DNA from: Clostridia bacterium
Lineage (GTDB): Bacteria; Bacillota; Clostridia; Christensenellales; Aristaeellaceae
Direction: 5' to 3'
Assembly (NCBI GenBank): GCA_024404275.1
Contig: JAKSQG010000036.1
Span: 1 to 12,204, forward strand
DNA: 12,204 bases
The notes beneath the pieces are model-generated. The model was not told the origin of the DNA and did no database searches. It was given only the letters and a program-made list of their open reading frames with translations. The position numbers were made by a program, and so were the translations under genes. Positions 6,699-12,204 of the stretch are shown one piece after another; position 1 is the first letter of the stretch, and the number at the start of each line of letters is the position of its first letter.

Positions 6699-6727
6699 TT
6701 GACAATGGTGGTGAGGTAGGTTAAAAT
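6699..6727 (+). promoter_or_regulatory. Sigma-A promoter of the pur operon
   Basis: TTGACA (6699-6704), 17-nt spacer, TAAAAT (6722-6727). The predicted TSS is near 6734, about 145 nt upstream of purE. Confidence 0.7.
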
Positions 6728-6753
6728 GAAGCGCAATGGTTCGTAAAGAAGGA

Positions 6754-6804
6754 GGACTGTGCCGATGAAAAAGGAACTGTGGTTCACTTCCGGTCTGCAC
6801 AGCC
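6754..6804 (+). other. Imperfect leader stem-loop in the purE 5'UTR (unclassified structured element)
   Basis: Outer helix GGaCTGTGC (6754-6762) / GCACAGCC (6797-6804) is 8 bp with a bulged A. Inner hairpin GGAAcTG (6773-6779) / CAcTTCC (6785-6791). The outer helix overlaps the GGAGG at 6751-6755 and encloses the ATG at 6765. Confidence 0.4.
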
Positions 6805-6833
6805 TTTGTATACAAAAACACGCGGCAAAATGA
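6765..6833 (+). CDS. Candidate 22-codon leader peptide (MKKELWFTSGLHSLCIQKHAAK) in the purE leader
   Basis: AGAAGGAGGA (GGAGG at 6751-6755) lies 9 nt upstream of the ATG at 6765. The frame stays open to the TGA at 6831-6833. Codons 16-21 cover the left arm of the terminator stem, and the stop codon lies in the terminator loop. There is no homology evidence, and the ORF is too short for the supplied track. Confidence 0.3.
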   Translation: MKKELWFTSGLHSLCIQKHAAK

Positions 6834-6853
6834 CATACCGCGTGTTTTTGTAT
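6810..6853 (+). terminator. Leader (attenuator) terminator between the pur promoter and purE
   Basis: Perfect 16-bp inverted repeat ATACAAAAACACGCGG (6810-6825) / CCGCGTGTTTTTGTAT (6838-6853) with a 12-nt loop. The GC core CACGCGG/CCGCGTG is followed by TTTTTGTAT. It ends 24 nt before the purE ATG, whose SD AAGGAG is at 6866-6871. Confidence 0.8.
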
Positions 6854-6877
6854 GTGGATTGAGAAAAGGAGCACCAA

Positions 6878-7363
6878 ATGAAAAAAGTTGCGGTCATCAT
6901 GGGCAGCGACAGCGATCTGCCCGTACTGAAGGGAGCTTTTGAACAGCTCAAAAAGCTGGAGATCCCCTTTGAAGCACATGTATATTCCGCGCACAGAACC
7001 CCCGATGAGGCCGCGTCTTTTGCGGCAAACGCCCGTGAAAATGGCTTTGGCGTGCTGATCGCCGCGGCCGGCAAGGCTGCGCATCTGGCGGGTGCCCTGG
7101 CAGCGCGTACCACCCTGCCTGTGATCGGCATTCCCGTAAAATCCTCCACGCTGGATGGTCTGGACGCCCTTTTGTCTACCGTACAGATGCCCAGCGGCAT
7201 GCCGGTGGCAACGGTCGCCATCGACGGCAGCGCCAACGCGGCACTGCTGGCGGCGCAGATTCTGGCGGTGGAAGACGCTGCCCTTGCGGACAAGCTGGCG
7301 GCGATGCGCAAAAGCCAGCATGATGCCGTCATCGCCAAAGATGCGGCAATTGTAATTGACTGA
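6878..7363 (+). CDS. purE: 5-(carboxyamino)imidazole ribonucleotide mutase (PurE, class I-like)
   Basis: KVAVIMGSDSDLPV, VYSAHRTPDE and AAGKAAHLAGALAARTTLPVIGIPV are hallmark PurE motifs. 161 aa. Confidence 0.95.
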   Translation: MKKVAVIMGSDSDLPVLKGAFEQLKKLEIPFEAHVYSAHRTPDEAASFAANARENGFGVLIAAAGKAAHLAGALAARTTLPVIGIPVKSSTLDGLDALLSTVQMPSGMPVATVAIDGSANAALLAAQILAVEDAALADKLAAMRKSQHDAVIAKDAAIVID

Positions 7364-7388
7364 TTATTGAGTGACTAAGGAGAAGAAA

Positions 7389-8426
7389 ATGAAGAGCCAG
7401 AGCGAAAGCTATAAGGCCGCGGGCGTGGATATCACCGCCGGTTACAAGGCCGTTGAATTGATGAAAACCCACATTGCCTCCACGCTGACCAAGGGCGTAT
7501 GCTCCGATATCGGCGGCTTTGGCGGCCTGTTTGAACTGGACCTGACGGGCATGACCCGTCCCGTACTGGTGAGCGGTACCGACGGCGTGGGCACCAAGCT
7601 CAAGATCGCCTTCCTGATGGACAAGCACAACACCGTGGGCATTGACTGCGTAGCTATGTGTGTGAACGATATCATCTGCTGCGGTGCCAAGCCCCTGTTC
7701 TTCCTCGACTATATTGCCTGCGGTAAGAACATTCCCGAACGCATTGCCGACATCGTGGCCGGCGTGGCGGAGGGCTGCGTGCAGTCCGGCGCGGCGCTGA
7801 TTGGCGGCGAGACTGCTGAAATGCCCGGCTTCTATCCTGTGGATGAATACGATCTGGCCGGTTACAGCACCGGTGTGGTGGACCGCAGCCGCATCATTGA
7901 CAACAAAAAAATGCAGGAAGGGGATGTGATCATCGCCCTGCCCTCCAGCGGTGTGCATTCCAACGGCTTCTCCCTCGTGCGCAAGGTGTTTGATGTTGAA
8001 AACTGCGACCTCAAAGCCCCTGTGGCGGAGCTGGGCGGCAAGTCTTTGGGCGAAACGCTGCTGACACCCACCCGCATTTATGTTAAGCCCGTGCTGGCGC
8101 TGCTGGAAAAGGTGGCGGTACGCGGCATCTCCCACATCACGGGCGGCGGCTTCTATGAGAACATTCCGAGAAGTATCCCCGAAGGTCTGTGCGCGAAGAT
8201 CGATCGCAGTGCTGTCAGGGTGCTGCCCATCTTTGACCTGATTGCCAAGACCGGCAACATCCCCGAGCGCGATATGTTCAACACCTTCAACATGGGCGTT
8301 GGCATGAGCGTGATCGTTCCCGCCGAGCAGGCGGAGGAAGCCCTTTCCATCCTGCGGGAAAATGGCGAGGACGCCTATGTTATCGGCAGCGTGATTGCTT
8401 CGGACGCAAAGATTGTGATATGCTGA
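7389..8426 (+). CDS. purM: Phosphoribosylformylglycinamidine cyclo-ligase (AIR synthetase, PurM)
   Basis: [44 protein letters not shown] and GGETAEMPG are PurM motifs. ATG at 7389 is preferred over the GTG at 7371 because the SD AAGGAGAA (7377-7384) lies between them. Confidence 0.93.
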   Translation: MKSQSESYKAAGVDITAGYKAVELMKTHIASTLTKGVCSDIGGFGGLFELDLTGMTRPVLVSGTDGVGTKLKIAFLMDKHNTVGIDCVAMCVNDIICCGAKPLFFLDYIACGKNIPERIADIVAGVAEGCVQSGAALIGGETAEMPGFYPVDEYDLAGYSTGVVDRSRIIDNKKMQEGDVIIALPSSGVHSNGFSLVRKVFDVENCDLKAPVAELGGKSLGETLLTPTRIYVKPVLALLEKVAVRGISHITGGGFYENIPRSIPEGLCAKIDRSAVRVLPIFDLIAKTGNIPERDMFNTFNMGVGMSVIVPAEQAEEALSILRENGEDAYVIGSVIASDAKIVIC

Positions 8427-9031
8427 GCACCTTTATTTCGGGTATCAGTGCCGGGGTATTGATCGCCATCGGCGGCACGGCATTCCTTTCCTGCGACAGC
8501 CGTTATGCCGGCGCACTGCTGTTTGCGGTTGCCCTGCTGTGTATTTGCTGGAAGGGGTATTATCTGTTTACCGGCAAAATCGGCTATGTGACGGAGGATC
8601 ACAGCGCTGAAAATGTGCTGCGTCTGGTGGTGGGACTGGCGGCAAATCTGCTGACCACCCTGCTGCTGGGATTGCTGCTGCGCTACGCCCTGCCGAACAT
8701 CGGGCTGACGGCAGAAGGGCTGTGCGCGGCGAAATTACAGCAAAGCTTTTTGCAGACGCTCATCCGTGCGTCCTTCTGCGGCATACTGATGTATCTGGCG
8801 GTCAGCGTCTACCGGGAGCAGAAAACGGTGCTGGGCATTGTGTTCTGCATTCCTGTGTTTATCCTGAGCGGCTTTGAGCACTCCATTGCCGATATGTTCT
8901 ACTTCGGCGCTGCCGGAAAGATAGACTTTTCTGTCATCGGCTTTATCGCCGCGGTGGTGCTGGGCAATACCTTGGGCAGCGTACTGCTGCCGCTGCTGAA
9001 CAAAGGGGGAAAACCGCGTGAAAAACAATAA
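8420..9031 (+). CDS. Compact formate/nitrite transporter (FNT) family membrane protein
   Basis: 203 aa with six predicted TM segments, in order: [15 protein letters not shown]; [23 protein letters not shown] (LFTG omega-loop-like); VVGLAANLL; [13 protein letters not shown]; [19 protein letters not shown] (the FNT signature GFEHSIANM); [12 protein letters not shown]. It overlaps the purM stop by 7 nt (ATGCTGA) and the purN start by 14 nt. Confidence 0.8.
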   Translation: MLSTFISGISAGVLIAIGGTAFLSCDSRYAGALLFAVALLCICWKGYYLFTGKIGYVTEDHSAENVLRLVVGLAANLLTTLLLGLLLRYALPNIGLTAEGLCAAKLQQSFLQTLIRASFCGILMYLAVSVYREQKTVLGIVFCIPVFILSGFEHSIADMFYFGAAGKIDFSVIGFIAAVVLGNTLGSVLLPLLNKGGKPREKQ

Positions 9032-9638
9032 GGCAAGCATTGCCGTACTGGTCTCCGGCGGTGGCACCAATCTGCAGGCCCTGCTGGATGCGCAGAAAAG
9101 CGGCATCCTCAAAAGCGGCAGCATTGAGCTGGTCATCTCCAACAACGCCTCCGCCTATGCGCTGCAGCGCGCCGCCAATGCGGGTGTGGAAGCGCTGACA
9201 CTGACAAAAAAGGCCTGCGGCGGTCAGCAGGGAATGGAGGAAGCCATCATCCATGCGCTGGAGGAAAGAGGCATCGACCTCATTATTCTGGCGGGCTTCA
9301 TGAGCATTCTGAGCGCGGAATTTACCGCCCGCTATGACCACCGTATATTGAACGTCCATCCCTCCCTGATCCCTTCCTTCTGCGGTGCGGGTTTTTATGG
9401 TCTGCATGTGCATGAGGCAGCGCTGGCGAAGGGTGTCAAGGTGACGGGTGCGACTGTGCATTTTGTCAACGAGATTCCAGATGGCGGCGAGATCATTTTG
9501 CAGAAAGCCGTCAATGTCCATGAGGGGGATACGCCCGAAAAGCTGCAGAAGCGCGTGATGCGCCAGGCAGAGTGGAAGATTTTGCCCGCCGCGGCCGAAA
9601 AGGTCAGCGCAAGTTTGATTAACCGACAGGAGAAGTGA
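9018..9638 (+). CDS. purN: Phosphoribosylglycinamide formyltransferase (PurN)
   Basis: IAVLVSGGGTNLQALLDA, ILAGFMSIL, ILNVHPSLIPSFCG and GATVHFVNEIPDGGEII are PurN motifs. GTG start at 9018 with an AAGGGGGA SD at 9003-9010. Confidence 0.92.
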   Translation: MKNNKASIAVLVSGGGTNLQALLDAQKSGILKSGSIELVISNNASAYALQRAANAGVEALTLTKKACGGQQGMEEAIIHALEERGIDLIILAGFMSILSAEFTARYDHRILNVHPSLIPSFCGAGFYGLHVHEAALAKGVKVTGATVHFVNEIPDGGEIILQKAVNVHEGDTPEKLQKRVMRQAEWKILPAAAEKVSASLINRQEK

Positions 9639-9641
9639 GCC

Positions 9642-10361
9642 ATGAATATTTATGAGATCCATAACCTGCCCGAACTGATCCGGGATAACAGCTATGTGGG
9701 CCGCGGCATTGTGATCGGCCTGAGCAAGGATGGCAAAAAGGCTGCGACCGCCTATTTTATCATGGGCCGCAGCGCCAACAGCCGCAACCGCGTTTTTTCC
9801 GAGCAGGACGGTGTGCTGTATACCAAGCCCTTTGATGAATCCAAGGTCGAGGATCCGAGCCTGATCATCTATGCCGCGCTGCGGAAGAACGGCAGCCGCC
9901 TGATCGTGACCAATGGCGACCAGACCGATACCATCGATGATGGTCTGACGGCGGGCAAGAGCTTCAAGGAAGCGCTGGAGAGCCGCGAGTTTGAGCCCGA
10001 TGCTCCCAACTTCACCCCTCGCATCAGCGGCATCGAGTATTTTGAAAACGGCTCCTTCCGCTATGAGATGAGCATTCTCAAGAGTGCTGATGAGCAGGGC
10101 AGCGCCTGCAACCGTTATACCTTCTCCTACAGCCCCATCAAGGGTCTGGGTCATTTTATCCACACCTACATCGGTGATGGCAATCCGCTGCCCACCTTCT
10201 GCGGCGAGCCCGAGCGTGTGGAAATTCCCGATAACATCGACGCATTCACCACGACCCTGTGGGATGCGCTGAACCATGATAACCGCATCTCCCTGTATGT
10301 GCGCTATACCGATATCGCGACCGGCGCGGAAGACAACCGCATGATCAATCAGAACAAGTAA
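9642..10361 (+). CDS. IMP cyclohydrolase, PurO-like (stand-alone, archaeal-type family)
   Basis: 239 aa. SYVGRGIVIGLSKDGKKAATAYFIMGRSANSRNRVF and IVTNGDQTD resemble the stand-alone IMP cyclohydrolase family found in archaea and many Clostridia. Its position directly upstream of an AICARFT-only purH supports the call. SD AGGAGAA at 9628-9634. Confidence 0.8.
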   Translation: MNIYEIHNLPELIRDNSYVGRGIVIGLSKDGKKAATAYFIMGRSANSRNRVFSEQDGVLYTKPFDESKVEDPSLIIYAALRKNGSRLIVTNGDQTDTIDDGLTAGKSFKEALESREFEPDAPNFTPRISGIEYFENGSFRYEMSILKSADEQGSACNRYTFSYSPIKGLGHFIHTYIGDGNPLPTFCGEPERVEIPDNIDAFTTTLWDALNHDNRISLYVRYTDIATGAEDNRMINQNK

Positions 10362-10373
10362 GGAGCGGCAACA

Positions 10374-11558
10374 ATGAAAGAGTTTGAACTGAAATACGGC
10401 TGCAACCCCAATCAGAAGCCTGCGAAGATTTTGATGACCGATGGCAGAGACCTGCCCATTGAGATCCTGAACGGCCGCCCCGGCTATATCAATTTTCTGG
10501 ATGCTTTCAACTCCTGGCAGCTGGTGCGTGAGCTGAAGACGGTGCTCAACATGCCCGCCGCGGCTTCCTTCAAGCATGTCAGCCCCACCTCTGCTGCTCT
10601 GGGTCTGCCCCTGAGCGACAAGCTCAAGAAAGCCTGCTTTGTGGAGGATATCAAAGGTCTGGACGAGTCTCCTCTGGCTTGCGCCTATGCCCGTGCCCGC
10701 GGCACCGACCGCATGAGCTCCTTCGGCGACTGGATCGCCCTGTCCGATGTCTGCGATGTGACGACCGCCCGTCTGGTATCCCGCGAGGTGAGCGACGGCA
10801 TCATTGCCCCCGGCTATGAACCCGAAGCACTGGAGATCCTGAAGGGCAAGCGCAAGGGCACCTACAATGTGGTGCGCATCGATCCCGATTATGTGCCCGA
10901 AGAAGTCGAGCGTAAACAGGTATTTGGCATCACCTTTGAGCAGGGACGCAACAACTTCCGCATCGATCATGATCTGCTGAAAAATATCGTGTCCGCCAAC
11001 AAGGACCTGCCCGAAAGCGCTGCCCGCGATCTGATCATCTCTCTCATCACCCTCAAATATACGCAGAGCAACTCCGTCTGCTACGCGGTGGATGGTCAGG
11101 CCATCGGCGTGGGTGCCGGTCAGCAGAGCCGTATCCATTGCACCCGTCTGGCGGGCAGCAAAGCCGATACCTGGTTCCTGCGTCAGTGTGACAAGGTGCT
11201 GAATCTGCCCTTCCGTCCCGAACTGAAGCGTCCCGATCGCGATAACGTGATCGATGGCTATATCAACAAGAATGAAGAGGACGTCTGCGCCGAGGGCATC
11301 TGGCAGAAGTATTTTACCACCCGTCCCGAACCCCTGACCGCCGAGGAAGCCCGCGAGTATCTTTCCACCATCAGTGGTGTGGCGCTGGGCTCTGACGCGT
11401 TCTTCCCCTTCAGCGATAACATTGAGCGTGCCCACAACAGCGGCGTCAGCTACATTGCCGAGCCCGGCGGCTCCATCCGCGATGACGCGGTGATCGATTG
11501 CTGCGACAAGTACAACATGGTGCTGGCCTTTACTGCCATGCGTCTGTTCCACCATTGA
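10374..11558 (+). CDS. purH: AICAR formyltransferase (PurH lacking the N-terminal MGS-like IMP cyclohydrolase domain)
   Basis: 394 aa starting MKEFELKYGCNPNQKPA. FKHVSPTSAA, GDWIALSD, SDGIIAPGY, KYTQSNSVCYA, GVGAGQQSRIHCTRLA, GSDAFFPFSDNIE, AEPGGSIRD and the C-terminal MRLFHH are AICARFT-domain motifs. SD TAAGGAG at 10359-10365. Confidence 0.9.
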   Translation: MKEFELKYGCNPNQKPAKILMTDGRDLPIEILNGRPGYINFLDAFNSWQLVRELKTVLNMPAAASFKHVSPTSAALGLPLSDKLKKACFVEDIKGLDESPLACAYARARGTDRMSSFGDWIALSDVCDVTTARLVSREVSDGIIAPGYEPEALEILKGKRKGTYNVVRIDPDYVPEEVERKQVFGITFEQGRNNFRIDHDLLKNIVSANKDLPESAARDLIISLITLKYTQSNSVCYAVDGQAIGVGAGQQSRIHCTRLAGSKADTWFLRQCDKVLNLPFRPELKRPDRDNVIDGYINKNEEDVCAEGIWQKYFTTRPEPLTAEEAREYLSTISGVALGSDAFFPFSDNIERAHNSGVSYIAEPGGSIRDDAVIDCCDKYNMVLAFTAMRLFHH

Positions 11559-11571
11559 TTCGGAGGCACAC

Positions 11572-12204
11572 ATGAAGCTGATCGTGATCGGCGGCGGCGG
11601 CCGTGAGCATGCCATTATCAAAAAACTGCGGGAGAATCCCGCGGTGGAAAAGATCTACGCCCTGCCCGGCAACGGCGGTATGGCGGAAGATGCCGAGTGC
11701 GTGGCCATCGGTGCCACGGAGATCGACAAAATCGTATCCTTTGCCGTGGAAAACCACATTGACTACGCCGTAGTGGCACCCGATGACCCGCTGGTGCTGG
11801 GCTGTGTGGATGCCTTGGAGGAAAAGGGCATTCCCTGCTTTGGTCCCCGTGCCAACGCGGCCATCATTGAAGGCAGCAAGATCTTTTCCAAAAACCTGAT
11901 GAAAAAGTACGGCATCCCCACTGCTGCCTACGAGGTGTTTGACAGCGCCGAAGCGGCTTTGGAGTATCTGGAGCAGACGAGCTATCCCACCGTCATCAAG
12001 GCGGATGGTCTGGCACTGGGCAAGGGTGTCATCATTGCGCAGAGCCGCGAGGAAGCTGAAGAAGCCGTCAGGGAAATGATGCAGAACGGCAAGTTCGGCA
12101 AGAGCGGCGAAAGAGTGGTTATTGAAGAATTTTTGACCGGTCCCGAAGTATCCGTGCTGGCGTTTACCGACGGCAAGTGCGTCAAGCCCATGGTGTCTTC
12201 CATG
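11572..12204 (+). CDS. purD: Phosphoribosylamine-glycine ligase (PurD), N-terminal 211 codons; continues past the window end
   Basis: My own translation from the ATG at 11572 (SD GGAGG 11562-11566) reads MKLIVIGGGGREHAIIKKL...ALPGNGG...APDDPLVLGCVDALEEKGIPCFGP...GSKIFSKNLMKKYGIPTA...YPTVIKADGLALGKGVIIA...VVIEEFLTGPEVSVLAFTDG. It is open to the last base. It is absent from the ORF track only because no stop falls inside the window. Confidence 0.93.
   Translation, partial: MKLIVIGGGGREHAIIKKLRENPAVEKIYALPGNGGMAEDAECVAIGATEIDKIVSFAVENHIDYAVVAPDDPLVLGCVDALEEKGIPCFGPRANAAIIEGSKIFSKNLMKKYGIPTAAYEVFDSAEAALEYLEQTSYPTVIKADGLALGKGVIIAQSREEAEEAVREMMQNGKFGKSGERVVIEEFLTGPEVSVLAFTDGKCVKPMVSSM

Noticed and set aside
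6728-6809. A guanine/adenine, ZTP (pfl) or PRPP (ykkC-2b) riboswitch in the purE leader
   Set aside because: By eye I could not place the conserved cores: the purine three-way junction with its loop-loop motifs, the ZTP GACUGGCG...CCGCCUGGGC, or the ykkC GGGUUCCG/GGUCCGAGAG-type segments. The partial resemblances (GGACUGUGCCGA, CCGGUCUGCAC) need insertions inside invariant positions. This was not tested with a covariance model, so the rejection is provisional; see the finding.
8943-11621. 892-aa minus-strand ORF, the longest ORF in the track, spanning purN, the IMP cyclohydrolase gene and purH
   Set aside because: It is exactly antisense to three well-supported, motif-rich + strand genes. 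Its translation is low-complexity (Gly/Ala/Asp/Val/Gln/His-rich) with no recognisable motifs. Long stop-free antisense frames are expected opposite codon-biased GC-rich genes, and similar artefacts have been mis-annotated as NAD-glutamate dehydrogenase in the past.
1-12204. Mobile elements, CRISPR arrays, tRNA/rRNA genes, toxin-antitoxin or defense-island content
   Set aside because: I found no repeat-spacer periodicity, no terminal inverted repeats flanking a transposase- or integrase-like ORF, no tRNA-like cloverleaf candidates in the short intergenic regions, and no ORFs with nuclease, ATPase or defense-type motifs. The gene content is housekeeping and transport.

Overview
All genes I can support are on the + strand, and the window looks like core chromosome of a moderately GC-rich Firmicute (Clostridia/Oscillospiraceae-like; this is inference from gene content and protein sequences only). 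It has three blocks. (1) 1-3017: a degenerate C-terminal remnant of a sugar ABC permease. After it, a near-consensus promoter drives a small membrane-anchored hypothetical protein, a YitT/DUF2179 membrane protein and the S4-domain ribosome-quality-control factor RqcP (YabO). recO follows, interrupted by an in-frame TAG. (2) 3018-6597: an LplABC/YtcQP-like CUT1 carbohydrate ABC uptake operon with a large solute-binding protein and two permeases but no ATPase, closed by a terminator. (3) 6651-12204: a de novo purine biosynthesis operon, purE-purM-(compact FNT-family channel)-purN-(PurO-like IMP cyclohydrolase)-purH(AICARFT-only)-purD (purD runs off the window). Upstream of purE lie a PurBox-like inverted repeat, a good sigma-A promoter and a leader carrying a strong intrinsic terminator. 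I see no tRNA/rRNA, CRISPR, transposase/integrase, phage or recognisable defense genes, and no convincing novel multi-gene system. The points most worth a second look are: the purE leader, where a strong-SD 22-codon uORF reads into the terminator stem and no known purine-type aptamer is recognisable; the translationally coupled FNT-like channel inside the pur operon; and two conserved-looking reading frames interrupted by TAG, while none of the 14 genes ending in the window terminates in TAG. The long minus-strand ORFs in the track are antisense artefacts.
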